In this document: positions 8,451-18,925 of the stretch, piece after piece
How the letters are laid out: every line of letters begins with the position of its first letter
How positions within the stretch are numbered: position 1 is the first letter of the stretch
Source: a bacterium
GTDB taxonomy: Bacteria > Actinomycetota > Acidimicrobiia > Acidimicrobiales > Ilumatobacteraceae
Reading direction: 5' to 3'
NCBI GenBank assembly: GCA_046725105.1
Contig: JBKOXV010000168.1
Coordinates: 1-43,120 of the forward strand
DNA: 43,120 bases
Made by a program: the position numbers and the translations under genes
Notes under the pieces: model-generated
The model's database searches: none
Seen by the model: only the letters and a program-made list of their open reading frames with translations
What the model was told of the DNA's origin: nothing

Positions 8451-9980
8451 CTAGAGGGTGAGCGTGTTGGCGGCGTCGCGCGCGAAGTCGACGATCGGGC
8501 CCGGGAGGAAGCCGAAGACCACGGTGAAGCCCAGTGCCGCGGCCAGCCCCACGCCGGCGGTGAACGGCACGCGCACCGGCGGCAGGGCGGCGGCGTCCTC
8601 GGGCGGGTCCGACAGGTACATGCTCACGATGATCCGGAGATAGAGAAAGGCGGCGATGACGGCGCTCAGCATGGCCAGGACGGCGATCACATAACTCTTG
8701 GCGTCGACGGCGGCGGAGATCACGTTGAACTTGGCCACGAACCCGGCTGTCAGCGGCACGCCGGCCTGGGCCAGCAGCAGCACCGTGAACGTGAACGCCA
8801 GCACCGGCCGGGTGCGGGACAGCCCGCGGTAGTCGTCGAGGTTGTGGTCGCCGTCGCCGGTGCGGCCGACCAGGGTGACCACACCGAAGCTGCCCAACAC
8901 GATGACGGCGTAGGCGAGCAGGTAGAAGAGGGCGCTCGAGTAGCCCAGCAGCGACACGGACTGCCCGGTGGGCTCGTTGGCGAGGGCCTCCATCCCGACG
9001 AGGATGAACCCGACGTGGGCGATCGACGAGTAGGCCAGCATGCGCTTGACGTTCGTCTGCACTATGGCCATCACCGACCCCACGAAGAGCGAGAGCACGG
9101 CCAGGGCGTAGATGACCGGGCGCCAGTCGTCGCGGTACTGGAAGAAGCCGATCGACACGACCCGCAGCAGGGCCGCGAAGGCGGCCGCCTTGGACGCCGA
9201 CGCGAGGAAGCCACTGACGGGCGTCGGCGCCCCCTGGTACACGTCCGGCGTCCACATGTGGAACGGAGCGGCGGCGATCTTGAACCCGAACCCGACGATC
9301 AGCAGCGCCAGTCCGGCGTAGAGCAGGCCCTTGTCGCTCTGCGGCGGGGTCTGCGTGAAGAAGTTGAAGATCGTGGCGAGGCGCGTCGAGCCGGTGGCGC
9401 CGTATTCGAGGGCGATCCCGTAGAGGAAGAACGCCGACGAAAAGCTGCCCAGGACGAAGTACTTCATCCCCGACTCCTGCGAGTCGAGCCGCTTGAGGTG
9501 GCTGGCGGCGAGCACATAGAGCGCCAGCGACAGCGTCTCGAGGCCGAGGAACAGCACGATGAGATCGCTCGACCACGCCATCACCACGCCGCCCAGGGCA
9601 GAGACGAGGATCAGCGCATACGTCTCGGCGCCGTCGAGCCCTTCCCGGCGGAGGTAGTCGTCGAGGAAGAGGGCGCTCAGCAGGATCGACGCCACGATGA
9701 CGACGGTGATGAACAGACCGGGTCCGTCGAGCACGATGGCCCCGCCGAGCAGCTGTTGCGGCCCGTCGTCCTGCACCTGGTGCCAGAGCACCAGCGTGAG
9801 CACGAGGGCGGCAACGGAGACTGCGGCCGTGAACCCGGCGTAGGTGCCCTTCGGGAGATGGCGGTCGAACAGGGCCCCGGTCATCATGATGACGAGCGCC
9901 CCGCCCGTGATCACGATGAGTGGCGTCAGGGCGAACCAGTCGACGCTGGGGCCGGTGAAGGTGGAGACCTGGGCGAACAC
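8451..9980 (-). CDS. nuoN: NADH-quinone oxidoreductase subunit N (cluster 2), 509 aa
   Basis: Antiporter-like protein with KIAAAPFHMWTPDVYQGAPTPVSGFLASASKAAAF. GTG at 9980 has GGAGA upstream and lies 2 nt after the nuoM stop. The track ORF to 10871 is read-through. Confidence 0.9.
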   Translation of the reverse strand: MFAQVSTFTGPSVDWFALTPLIVITGGALVIMMTGALFDRHLPKGTYAGFTAAVSVAALVLTLVLWHQVQDDGPQQLLGGAIVLDGPGLFITVVIVASILLSALFLDDYLRREGLDGAETYALILVSALGGVVMAWSSDLIVLFLGLETLSLALYVLAASHLKRLDSQESGMKYFVLGSFSSAFFLYGIALEYGATGSTRLATIFNFFTQTPPQSDKGLLYAGLALLIVGFGFKIAAAPFHMWTPDVYQGAPTPVSGFLASASKAAAFAALLRVVSIGFFQYRDDWRPVIYALAVLSLFVGSVMAIVQTNVKRMLAYSSIAHVGFILVGMEALANEPTGQSVSLLGYSSALFYLLAYAVIVLGSFGVVTLVGRTGDGDHNLDDYRGLSRTRPVLAFTFTVLLLAQAGVPLTAGFVAKFNVISAAVDAKSYVIAVLAMLSAVIAAFLYLRIIVSMYLSDPPEDAAALPPVRVPFTAGVGLAAALGFTVVFGFLPGPIVDFARDAANTLTL

Positions 9981-9982
9981 CG

Positions 9983-11518
9983 TCAGTCTCCGCTGGCTTC
10001 GCCGCCGACGGTGGGCTGGCGGTAGTCGGAGTGCGTCTCGACGTGGCTGATGAGGCGCTTCACGCTCGGTTCGACCCGCTCGAGGAGCGGCTTGGGGTAG
10101 ATGCCGAGGAAGAAGATCAGCCCCAGGAGCGGCAGCATGACCAGGCCTTCCTTGAGGCTGAGCTCGGAGAAGTGGTGGTTGGGATCGTCTGGCGCACCGT
10201 GGAAGACCCGCTGGTAGGCCCAGAGCAGATAGAGGGCGGCGAGGATGACGCCCGTGGCGGCCACGACCACCCACCACCGGGCAGTGAGGAACGAGCCGAC
10301 CAGCACCAGGAACTCGCCCACGAACCCGTTGAGGCCGGGCAGGCCGATCGACGAGAGCATCACGATGGTGAACACGGCGGCAAAGACCGGCGCGACCCGC
10401 TGCAGGCCCTTCAGCTGGCTGATCTCTCGGGTGTGGCGGCGCTCGTAGATCCAGCCGACGAGCAGGAAGAGAGCGCCGGTGGAGACTCCGTGGTTCACCA
10501 TCTGCAGCAGCCCGCCCGAGACGCTCTGGGTGGTGAGGGCGAAGGTGCCGAGCACGATGAAGCCGAGGTGGGCGACCGACGAGTAGGCCACCAGGCGTTT
10601 CAAATCGTGCTGCATCGTGGCGCAGATGGCGCCGTAGATGATGCCGATCACTCCGAGGGTGATGAACAACGGCGCCCACCAGTGGGCGGCGTCGGGGAAC
10701 AGGTACAGCCCGTAGCGGAGGAATCCGTACGTGCCGAGCTTCAGCATGACACCGGCCAGGATCACCGAGCCGGCCGTGGGTGCGTTGGTGTGCGCATCGG
10801 GCAGCCACGTGTGCAGCGGGAACAGCGGCACCTTGACCGCGAAGGCGATGGCGAAGGCGAGGAACAACCACCGCGTGGTGCTGGCCGCGATCGCCTGGTC
10901 GGAGGCGATGACGGTGACGTCGAAGGTGAGGATGCCGGTCTCGTTGCGGTACAGGAAGACCGTCGCGAGCAGGCCCACCAGCATGAAGGCCGAGCCCGTC
11001 ATCGTGAACAGGAAGAACTTCACGGCGGCGTAGACCCGCTCACCGTGACCCCAGCCGCCGATGAGGAAGTACATCGGCACCAGCACGATCTCGAAGAAGA
11101 TGAAGAAGAGGAACAGGTCGAGGGCGAGGAACGTGCCGAGGACGCCGGCCTCGAGCAGCAGCATCCAGGCCGTGTAGGCCTTGGCGTCGTGGCTGACGTC
11201 GGCGTCGCCCCCCCAGAAGGCCAGCGGGAACAACACGCCGGTGAGCACCACGAGGAACAAGGAGATCCCGTCCACCCCGAGGTACCACGAGATGTCCCAC
11301 GCCTTGATCCACGGGTGCCGCGACAGGAACTGGAAGCCGTCGGCCCCCTTGTCGAAGTCGATGAGCAGGTAGATGGTGAGCGCCGCCGTGGCGAGCGAGA
11401 AGAGGATGCCGAGCAGCTTCACCAGGCGCACCTGGCGCCTCGACGTGAGCGCAACCACCAGGGCGCCGGCTGCCGGGACGAGGATGATCGACGTCAGCAG
11501 CGGGAACGAGCTGTCCAT
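9983..11518 (-). CDS. nuoM: NADH-quinone oxidoreductase subunit M (cluster 2), 511 aa
   Basis: AVKVPLFPLHTWLPDAHTNAPTAGSVILAGVMLKLGTYG. The ATG at 11518 shares 1 nt with the nuoL stop (TGATG). Confidence 0.93.
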   Translation of the reverse strand: MDSSFPLLTSIILVPAAGALVVALTSRRQVRLVKLLGILFSLATAALTIYLLIDFDKGADGFQFLSRHPWIKAWDISWYLGVDGISLFLVVLTGVLFPLAFWGGDADVSHDAKAYTAWMLLLEAGVLGTFLALDLFLFFIFFEIVLVPMYFLIGGWGHGERVYAAVKFFLFTMTGSAFMLVGLLATVFLYRNETGILTFDVTVIASDQAIAASTTRWLFLAFAIAFAVKVPLFPLHTWLPDAHTNAPTAGSVILAGVMLKLGTYGFLRYGLYLFPDAAHWWAPLFITLGVIGIIYGAICATMQHDLKRLVAYSSVAHLGFIVLGTFALTTQSVSGGLLQMVNHGVSTGALFLLVGWIYERRHTREISQLKGLQRVAPVFAAVFTIVMLSSIGLPGLNGFVGEFLVLVGSFLTARWWVVVAATGVILAALYLLWAYQRVFHGAPDDPNHHFSELSLKEGLVMLPLLGLIFFLGIYPKPLLERVEPSVKRLISHVETHSDYRQPTVGGEASGD

Positions 11519-13506
11519 CAGATGCCCCTGCTCACGAACCAGGCGAGCAGGGCCACGGCCCCTATGCCGATGCCGAGGGCGTAGTTGCGGACGTAGCCCG
11601 ACTGCAGGTGCCGCAGGGTACGGCCGCTGAGACGCGACAGCTTGCCCACGCCGTTGACGGCGCCGTCGACGACGTTGTGGTCGAACCACGCCACGTCTTC
11701 GAACGACTCGTAGCCCGGCCCCGCCACGAAGGCCGAGACGGCGCCGTCGTAGTACCACGCGTGGGCGAGGAAGGCGGGCTCGAACGCCTTCAGCCGATGC
11801 CGGCCGTACACGAGCCAGGCGACGACGATGCCGCCGATGCCGATGACGGCGGACGCGATGGCGAACGCCCACTGCTCCGCTCCCGAGAGCGACAAGACGT
11901 GCTCGCTCTCGTGGAAGACCGGTTCGAGCCAGCGGCCGAGGAACTCCGTCTGCTCAGAGAACGGCAGGTTCAGCAGCCCGCCGAAGACGCAGCCGAACGA
12001 CAGGACGATGAGCGGCACCGTCATCAACCACACCGACTCGTGCGGTGGGTGGGCGTCGTGGTGCTCCGCCGTCGGCTCCAACGTGTTGACGGCGGCGCCG
12101 ACGGCCAGCGGGACGGGTTCGACGAGGGGCTCGGTGCCGCCCTCCGGGCCGACGACGTTGGTGAGGTCGGGCCGGGCTTCGTCCCACCGGGCCTTGCCGA
12201 AGAAGACGAGGAAGACCTCGCGGCCCATGTAGTACGCGGTGAGAAGGGCGGCGACCTCGCCCACGACCCACAATGCCGGGCTCTTGTCCCATGCGTTGAC
12301 GAGAATCTCGTCCTTGGACCAGAAGCCGGCGAACGGCGGGACGCCGGCGATGGCCAGCCAGGCGATGATGAAGGTGATCGACGTGATCGGCATCACCTTG
12401 CGGAGGGCGCCCATGTGGCGCATGTCCTGGTCCTCGTGGGGCATGCCGTGGATCACCGAGCCGGCGCCCAGGAACAGGCTGGCCTTGAAGAAGGCGTGCG
12501 TGATCATGTGGAAGACGGCCGCCACATAGGCGCCCGATCCGACCGCCAGGAACATGTACCCGAGCTGGCTGACCGTCGAGTAGGCGAGCACCTTCTTGAT
12601 GTCGTTCTGGGCCACGGCACACGTCGCGGCGAAGAACGCGGTGAACACACCGACGATGGCGATGACGGTGCCCACGTCGGGCACTTCGGCCAGCAGCGGG
12701 CTGATCCGGCACATCAGGTAGACGCCGGCCGTGACCATGGTGGCGGCATGGATCAGCGCCGACACGGGCGTGGGGCCTTCCATGGCGTCGGGCAACCAGA
12801 GGTACAGCGGAAACTGGGCCGACTTGCCGACGGCACCGAGGAACAGCAGCAGGCAGATGGCGGTGATCGTGGTCGTGGCCAGGCTGTCGGCCTGGCCGAG
12901 CAGCACGTCGTAGTTGAGCGAGCCCACCGCCTGGAACACGAGGAACATGGCGATCATGAAGCCCCAGTCACCGACCCGGTTGGTGACGAAGGCCTTCTTG
13001 CCGGCCGACGGAGGCCGCACCCGCGTGAACCAGAACGAGACCAGGAAGTAGGAGCAGAGGCCGACGCCCTCCCAGCCGAGGAACGTCACCAACAGGTTGC
13101 TGCCCAGCACGAGCATGAGCATCGAGAAGACGAACAGGTTCAGGTACAGGAAGAACTTCGAGAAGTCACGGTCGCCGTGCATGTAGCCGATGGCGTACAG
13201 GTGGATCAGCGCGCTGATGCCCGTGACGAAGAGCGCCATCGTGATCGACAGGGGGTCGACCAGGAACCCGACGTCGACGTGGAGGTTGCCGACGGGCACC
13301 CAGGCGAAGAGCGTCTTCACCAGCGAACGCTCGTCGGCCGGCTTCGAGAGCATGTCGATCCATATGCCGACGGTCACGAAGAACGCGGCCGACGTCACGA
13401 GGGTGGCGAACCACCCGGCGGCCGGCTCACCGAGGCGCCGGCCGAAGAAGAACAGCACCACGAATCCGAACGCCGGCAGGGCAGGAACGAGCCAGACGAT
13501 GTCCAT
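11518..13506 (-). CDS. nuoL: NADH-quinone oxidoreductase subunit L (cluster 2), 662 aa
   Basis: WEGVGLCSYFLVSFW and GKSAQFPLYLWLPDAMEGPTPVSALIHAATMVTAGVY. C-terminal lateral-helix region. Confidence 0.94.
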   Translation of the reverse strand: MDIVWLVPALPAFGFVVLFFFGRRLGEPAAGWFATLVTSAAFFVTVGIWIDMLSKPADERSLVKTLFAWVPVGNLHVDVGFLVDPLSITMALFVTGISALIHLYAIGYMHGDRDFSKFFLYLNLFVFSMLMLVLGSNLLVTFLGWEGVGLCSYFLVSFWFTRVRPPSAGKKAFVTNRVGDWGFMIAMFLVFQAVGSLNYDVLLGQADSLATTTITAICLLLFLGAVGKSAQFPLYLWLPDAMEGPTPVSALIHAATMVTAGVYLMCRISPLLAEVPDVGTVIAIVGVFTAFFAATCAVAQNDIKKVLAYSTVSQLGYMFLAVGSGAYVAAVFHMITHAFFKASLFLGAGSVIHGMPHEDQDMRHMGALRKVMPITSITFIIAWLAIAGVPPFAGFWSKDEILVNAWDKSPALWVVGEVAALLTAYYMGREVFLVFFGKARWDEARPDLTNVVGPEGGTEPLVEPVPLAVGAAVNTLEPTAEHHDAHPPHESVWLMTVPLIVLSFGCVFGGLLNLPFSEQTEFLGRWLEPVFHESEHVLSLSGAEQWAFAIASAVIGIGGIVVAWLVYGRHRLKAFEPAFLAHAWYYDGAVSAFVAGPGYESFEDVAWFDHNVVDGAVNGVGKLSRLSGRTLRHLQSGYVRNYALGIGIGAVALLAWFVSRGI

Positions 13507-13513
13507 CGGCTCT

Positions 13514-13831
13514 TTATCCCTTCCGCATCGTGATGTCGTCGGCGGTGGCGCCGGGCTTGCGGCGGAGCAGGGCGACGACGATCCCGAGGCCCACCACGAC
13601 CTCGGCCGCCGCCACGACGAGCACGAAGAACACCGCCGTCTGACCGGCGGGGTCGTCGAGGGCGTGGGCGAAGGCGACGAAGCTGAGGTTCACGGCGTTG
13701 AGCATCAGCTCGATGCACATGACCATCACCAGCGGGTTGCGGCGCACGAGCACGCCGACCCCGCCGATCGTGAACAGGACCGCCGCCAGCAGCAGGTACC
13801 AGGTCGGCGTGGGCGCCACGGCGACGATCAC
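13514..13831 (-). CDS. nuoK: NADH-quinone oxidoreductase subunit K (cluster 2), 105 aa
   Basis: CIELMLNAVNLSFVAFA and AAAEVVVGLGIV. GTG start at 13831; GTG 13819 is an alternative. Confidence 0.9.
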   Translation of the reverse strand: MIVAVAPTPTWYLLLAAVLFTIGGVGVLVRRNPLVMVMCIELMLNAVNLSFVAFAHALDDPAGQTAVFFVLVVAAAEVVVGLGIVVALLRRKPGATADDITMRKG

Positions 13832-13913
13832 CGGCCGCCCCCCAGGCCGAAGCGGGCAGTCGTCGTTCGGCTATCTCGAACGTCGGCTGACAGCCTGCGG
13901 AAGACGTTGCTGA

Positions 13914-14483
13914 TCACCGGCGGATCTCTTCCCGCGGCGCCACGTCGTCGGACGGCCGCCGGCGCGGGCGGGGCCGGCGGGCCAGCAGCACGGTGGCGAT
14001 GACGGCGATCACCAGGAGGAGCGATGTGAGCTCGAAGGCGAACACGTAGTCGGAGAACAGCGACTTGGCCAGCACGTTGATGTCCGGTTCGCCGGTGGCG
14101 AGGGCGCCGCTCACCGAGTGCGCCCCGGTGATGCGCCGGCCGCCGGCGGCGAAGACGGTGATGACGATGAGGCCGATGGCGGCCACGCCGACGGCGGCGG
14201 CGATCGGGCGCTGGCCCTTCAAGCTGTCCACCTCGAGGTTCTCGACCTTGTCCACGCCGAGCAGCATGATCACGAACAGGAGCAGCACGACTATGGCGCC
14301 GGCGTAGACGATCACCTGCACGGCGGCCAGGAAGTTGGCGTCCTGGGCGATGAACAGCACGGCGATGCCGAACAGCGTGAGCACCAGGCTGAGCGCGCAG
14401 TGGACCGGGTTGGGGCGCAGGACGACCCCGAGTGCCCCGCCGATCACCATCACGGCGCCCACGACGAAGACGACGGTCTCCAT
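13914..14483 (-). CDS. nuoJ: NADH-quinone oxidoreductase subunit J (cluster 2), 189 aa
   Basis: ND6-like multi-TM protein (FLAAVQVIVYAGAIVVLLLFVIMLLG). Its start shares 1 nt with the nuoI stop. Confidence 0.88.
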   Translation of the reverse strand: METVVFVVGAVMVIGGALGVVLRPNPVHCALSLVLTLFGIAVLFIAQDANFLAAVQVIVYAGAIVVLLLFVIMLLGVDKVENLEVDSLKGQRPIAAAVGVAAIGLIVITVFAAGGRRITGAHSVSGALATGEPDINVLAKSLFSDYVFAFELTSLLLVIAVIATVLLARRPRPRRRPSDDVAPREEIRR

Positions 14484-15121
14484 CAGCCGGCCGTCTGACC
14501 CTTCTCGGGCGGGCGTACGCCGTAGCCGAGCTCGCCCGACCAGGCGATCATGCCTTCGAAGTCGGCGTCACCCGAGGGTGCCGTGGCCCGCACCCAGGCG
14601 GAGGTGTGGAGATCGTCGCCTTCGCGCCAGTCTTCCCACGGCAGCTGCTTCGGGCGGCCGTCGTCGCCGACGACCAGCTCGGCCTTGGTGTAGATGGCGT
14701 CGCGGCGGTTGGTGAAGGAGAACTCGAAGAGCTTCGACTCGGTGATGGCCTCGGTGGGGCACGCCTCCACGCACATGTCGCAGTGGATGCACCGCAGGTA
14801 GTTGATCTCGTAGACGAACCCATAGCGTTCGCCCGGCGACACCGGGTCGTCGGGCGGGTTGTCGGCGCCCCGAACGTAGATGCACTCGGCCGGGCAGATG
14901 CCGGCGCACAGCTCGCACCCGATGCACTTCTCCATCCCGTCCTCGTACCGGTTGAGGACGTGCCGGCCGTGGAGGCGCTCCGGCTTGGGGATCTTCTGGT
15001 CGTGGCGGCTGTTGCCGTCCGGGCCCTTCTCGAGCCCGCCGGAGTACTCGGTGGTGACGCGCTTGCCGCCGAAGAGGTGGATCTGCCTGACAGTGACGAG
15101 GAAGCCCTGGAGGTAGCCCAT
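14483..15121 (-). CDS. nuoI: NADH-quinone oxidoreductase subunit I (cluster 2), 212 aa
   Basis: [12 protein letters not shown] and [12 protein letters not shown]. The ATG at 15121 shares 1 nt with the nuoH stop. The track ORF to 15412 is read-through. Confidence 0.93.
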   Translation of the reverse strand: MGYLQGFLVTVRQIHLFGGKRVTTEYSGGLEKGPDGNSRHDQKIPKPERLHGRHVLNRYEDGMEKCIGCELCAGICPAECIYVRGADNPPDDPVSPGERYGFVYEINYLRCIHCDMCVEACPTEAITESKLFEFSFTNRRDAIYTKAELVVGDDGRPKQLPWEDWREGDDLHTSAWVRATAPSGDADFEGMIAWSGELGYGVRPPEKGQTAG

Positions 15122-16329
15122 CAGTAGGGGGAGCCTTCCAGCTCGCGGGTGCGGGCACTGGCCCGCAACGCCACCGTGAACACGCCCCACGCCACCACGG
15201 CGACGGCGAGGGCGATGGCAACTACCGCCACCCGGTTCCAGTCCTGGTCCTGGGCGACCTTGAGGGCGGTGATCAACATCAGCCACCCGAAGGCCACCGG
15301 GATGAGGAGCTTCCAGCCCAGGTCCATCAGCTGGTCGTAGCGGAACCGCGGCAGCGTGGCGCGCAGCCAGACGTAGACGAACAAGAACACCAGCAGTTTG
15401 GCGAGCAGCCACAGCGTGCCTTCGAGGGCGTTGGGGATGCCGGGGATGTCGAACAGGGGGCGGGGGCCTCCCAGGAAGAGGGTGATGATGATCGTCGACA
15501 TCACCACGACGGCCAGGAACTCGGCCAGGTAGTACATGGCGAACCGCATCGACGAGTACTCCGTCTGGTACCCGCCGACGAGCTCCTGCTCGGCCTCGGT
15601 GAGGTCGAACGGTGGCCGGTTCATCTCGGCCGTGATCGCGAGGAAGAAGACGATGAAGGGCACCACGCCGGTGGCGATCAGGTTCCAGTTCCGCACCCCG
15701 TCCTGGGCGACGACGATGCCGTTGGTCGACAGCGTGCCGCAGACGACCAGGACGGTGGCGATGGACAGCCCGAGGGCGGCCTCGTAGCTCACCATTTGGG
15801 CCGACGCCCGCACCGAACCGAGCAACGGATACTTCGAACCCGACGACCAGCCGGCCAGCATGGCGCCGTAGACGGCGACGGCGCTCATGGCCAACATCAA
15901 CAGGATGCCGACGGGTGGGTCGGCCACCTGCAACAGGGTCTTCTCACCCAGGATGGAGACGACGCCGTCGTTGCCGTTGCTGAAGTCACCGCCCAACGGG
16001 ACGATGGCGAAGGTGACGAAGACCGGCACGACGGCGAGGTAGGGCGCCAGGAGGAACACCATCCGGTCGGACTGCTCGGGGTGGATGTACTCCTTGGTGA
16101 CGAGCTTGAGGCCGTCGGCGATCGTCTGCAGGATCCCCCACCGACCGGCCTTGTTCGGCCCGATGCGGTTCTGGAAGCCGGCGATGAGCTTGCGCTCGAA
16201 CCAGATCATCAGGATGACGGCGATCAGCATCACCACGAAGGCGACCACCACCTTGATGACGACGATCAGCACCTCCTTGAAGCCGACGCCGACGATGAGC
16301 AGCGGGTCGAGGGCGAGGACGTGCCTCAC
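15121..16329 (-). CDS. nuoH: NADH-quinone oxidoreductase subunit H (cluster 2), about 402 aa
   Basis: [33 protein letters not shown] and [23 protein letters not shown]. Start set at GTG 16329 (weak RBS), so the exact start is uncertain. The track ORF to 17298 overlaps nuoG and is read-through. Confidence 0.85.
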   Translation of the reverse strand: MRHVLALDPLLIVGVGFKEVLIVVIKVVVAFVVMLIAVILMIWFERKLIAGFQNRIGPNKAGRWGILQTIADGLKLVTKEYIHPEQSDRMVFLLAPYLAVVPVFVTFAIVPLGGDFSNGNDGVVSILGEKTLLQVADPPVGILLMLAMSAVAVYGAMLAGWSSGSKYPLLGSVRASAQMVSYEAALGLSIATVLVVCGTLSTNGIVVAQDGVRNWNLIATGVVPFIVFFLAITAEMNRPPFDLTEAEQELVGGYQTEYSSMRFAMYYLAEFLAVVVMSTIIITLFLGGPRPLFDIPGIPNALEGTLWLLAKLLVFLFVYVWLRATLPRFRYDQLMDLGWKLLIPVAFGWLMLITALKVAQDQDWNRVAVVAIALAVAVVAWGVFTVALRASARTRELEGSPY

Positions 16330-16395
16330 TGGTGCACCACCCAAGCGTGAGCATGGACTCGTTGTTCGCGCCCCTCGGGGGCACCAGTGAGCTGG

Positions 16396-16412
16396 TCGCC
16401 GCTTCGCGGCGA
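16396..16412 (-). other. Perfect 7-bp stem / 3-nt loop hairpin in the nuoG-nuoH (cluster 2) spacer
   Basis: Plus strand TCGCCGC-TTC-GCGGCGA. Same architecture (GC stem, GAA loop in the transcript) as the hairpin at 4784..4800. Confidence 0.5.
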
Positions 16413-16447
16413 ACGCTGCACGGTGATATTGCGCTCGCTTCGCTCGC

Positions 16448-18925
16448 TCATCGCAACGCCTCCAGCCGCACATCGGTGACGGCCACGCCGACATCGACGA
16501 TTTCCGCGATGGCGGCATCGGGCTGGTTGAAGGCGACCCGAACCACGCCCCTCGGGACCCGATCGTCGGGGTGGGCGGCGAGCACGAGGCTGGTGCGCGG
16601 CGTGACCACCCGGACCTGGGCACCCTCGGTGAGGCCGTGCCGGTCGGCGTCCCACGGGTTGATCGACACCCTGGCCCCGCGGGCCAGGCCGGCGAGCGAC
16701 GGTGACCGGGCGGTGAACACGGCGCCGTCGTAGAGATCACGGTCGACCACGAGCCGGAAGTCGTAGCTGCTCGGGGCGGGCGGAGCCAGCCCGGAATCGG
16801 CGACGGTGAACCTGGAGCCGGCGCCGGAGAAGACCACACCGTCGGGCGGCGCCGCACCCAGGGTGGCGTGGATCGGCGACACGCCGGCGATCTCGGCCCG
16901 GATGCCGGCGATGGAGGTGAGGCCGAGGTCGGCGCCCAGCCGGTCGGCGAGCTCGACGGCCAGCATCCAGTCCTCGTGGGCGGTGCCGGCCGGCGTGACC
17001 TTGCGGGCGACAGGGCTGACCCGGCCCTCGACGTTGGTGGTGGTGCCGTCCTTCTCGGCGAACGCGGCCGCCGCCAGGACGACGTCGGCCTGGCGCGACG
17101 AGTCGGTGAGGAAGGTGTCGACGGCGAGGATTTGGCGGGCGCCGGCCAGGGCTCGCCGAGCGAGATCACGGTCCGGGAAGTCGGCGAGCGGGTCGGCCCC
17201 GAGGAGGACGAGGCAGCCGATGCGCCCGGCGGCGGCGGCGGCGAGGATACCGGCGGCGTCGAGGCCCGGTCCCGCCGGCAGGAGGTTCCAGGCGTCACGC
17301 AGAGGCCCGCCGGCGTCGGCGAGGGCGGTGCGGCCGGGCAGGAGGCCCGGCGCCATCCCGGCGTCGAGCGCGCCCCGGACGTTGCCGCGCCGCAGCACCG
17401 GTAGGAACGTGGCGTCGGGATGCGCGGCGTGCAGGGCGGCGGCGGCGTCGACCGTGAAGTCGGCGGCCGCGGCGAGGTTGGAGCGCCCTATCACGACGGC
17501 CACCGGGCCGGCGCCGAGCTGCTCGCGCACGGAGCCGAGCCGGGCGTCGTCGACGTCGAGGCCGGTGGCCGGGCCGGTGCCGAGAATGGCTCGGACCAGG
17601 GCCGCTTGCTCGCCCGGGCGGTGCCGCAGCGAGCGCCATGCGTACGGCGTGAGCCCGGTGTCGTGCTCGCCCAGCTCCACGATCCGACTGACGCGCCGCT
17701 CTGCGGCGTCACGGATGCGCAGGTAGAGGACGGGCAGCTCCTCCTTCAGATCCGGCCCGAGCAGGACGATGGTCTTGGCCGCGCAGACCTGGTCGATCGT
17801 GGCCGCCGGCAGCCCGAACACCGCGGCGGCGGGGAGGCCGTCGCCCAGCTGGGCGTCGACGTGGTCGGTGCCGATCACGCCCTTGGCAAACTTCACCCAC
17901 GCGTAGGCGTCCTCGTTGGTGCCGCGCGCCCCCCCGAGGACGGCGACACCACCGGCGCCTCCCTCGTCGATGGCGGCCCGGAGGGCTGCGGCGGCGGCGT
18001 CGAACGCCTCGTTCCAGGACACCTCGATGAGCTCGTCGCCCTTGCGCACCAGGGGCGCCCCGAGGCGGTCCTCGCTGTTCACCGCCTCGAAGTTGAATCG
18101 GCCCCGGTCGCACATCCAGCCCCAGTTGACCGGGTCCGAGTCGACGCCCTGGTACCGCAACACCTCGTCGCGGCTCGACTCGATCGTGATGCGACAGCCC
18201 ACGGCGCACGTCGTGCACGTGCTCTCCGTCGCCTTCAGGTCCCAGGGCCGGGCCTTGAACCGGTACGGCTTGGCGGTGAGGGCGCCCACCGGGCAGATCT
18301 GCACGGTGTTGCCGCTGAAGTACGAGGCGAACGGCTCGTCGGGGAAGGTGAGGATCTGGGTGTCGTTGCCGCGGTAGGTGAAGTGGATCAGCGGGTCACC
18401 GGCCACCTCCTTGGCGAAGCGGGTGCAACGGTCGCAGAGGATGCAGCGCTCGCGGTCGAGGTAGACGAGGTCGCTGATGGGCAGCGGCTTGGCGTAGTGG
18501 CGCTTCTCTTCCACGAAGCGGCTCTCGCCCGGGCCGTGGCTCAGCGTCTGGTCCTGCAGCGGGCATTCGCCGCCCTTGTCGCACACCGGGCAGTCGAGGG
18601 GATGGTTGATGAGGAGGAACTCGAGCACGCCCTCCTGGGCCTTCTTCACCCGGGGATTGCCCGTGTCGACCTTCATGCCTTCGGCCACCGTCGTCATGCA
18701 CGACACGGCGAGGGCGGGGCCGCGGCCGGTGTCGATGTCGACGAGGCACATGCGGCACATGCCGACCGATTCCATCCGCTCGTGGTAGCAGAACCGTGGG
18801 ATGTAGATGCCGTGGCGCTGGGCGGCGGCGATCACCCACTCTCCCGGCCGGGCCTCGATGTCGACGCCGTCGATCGTGACGGTGACGGTGGTCTTCTTCG
18901 GGGCCTCGGGCGCGGCGTCAGACAT
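16448..18925 (-). CDS. nuoG: NADH-quinone oxidoreductase subunit G (cluster 2), 825 aa
   Basis: N-terminal 2Fe-2S fold (CYHERMESVGMCRMCLV), HPLDCPVCDKGGECPLQD and CILCDRCTRF, followed by a molybdopterin-oxidoreductase-like domain. Overlaps the nuoF stop by 8 nt. Confidence 0.94.
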   Translation of the reverse strand: MSDAAPEAPKKTTVTVTIDGVDIEARPGEWVIAAAQRHGIYIPRFCYHERMESVGMCRMCLVDIDTGRGPALAVSCMTTVAEGMKVDTGNPRVKKAQEGVLEFLLINHPLDCPVCDKGGECPLQDQTLSHGPGESRFVEEKRHYAKPLPISDLVYLDRERCILCDRCTRFAKEVAGDPLIHFTYRGNDTQILTFPDEPFASYFSGNTVQICPVGALTAKPYRFKARPWDLKATESTCTTCAVGCRITIESSRDEVLRYQGVDSDPVNWGWMCDRGRFNFEAVNSEDRLGAPLVRKGDELIEVSWNEAFDAAAAALRAAIDEGGAGGVAVLGGARGTNEDAYAWVKFAKGVIGTDHVDAQLGDGLPAAAVFGLPAATIDQVCAAKTIVLLGPDLKEELPVLYLRIRDAAERRVSRIVELGEHDTGLTPYAWRSLRHRPGEQAALVRAILGTGPATGLDVDDARLGSVREQLGAGPVAVVIGRSNLAAAADFTVDAAAALHAAHPDATFLPVLRRGNVRGALDAGMAPGLLPGRTALADAGGPLRDAWNLLPAGPGLDAAGILAAAAAGRIGCLVLLGADPLADFPDRDLARRALAGARQILAVDTFLTDSSRQADVVLAAAAFAEKDGTTTNVEGRVSPVARKVTPAGTAHEDWMLAVELADRLGADLGLTSIAGIRAEIAGVSPIHATLGAAPPDGVVFSGAGSRFTVADSGLAPPAPSSYDFRLVVDRDLYDGAVFTARSPSLAGLARGARVSINPWDADRHGLTEGAQVRVVTPRTSLVLAAHPDDRVPRGVVRVAFNQPDAAIAEIVDVGVAVTDVRLEALR

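Noticed and set aside
7498-9576. A 692-aa minus-strand ORF spanning the amidotransferase gene (antisense) and nuoN out of frame.
   Set aside because: It has the same GC artefact composition. It crosses a convergent intergenic region and has no recognisable domain.
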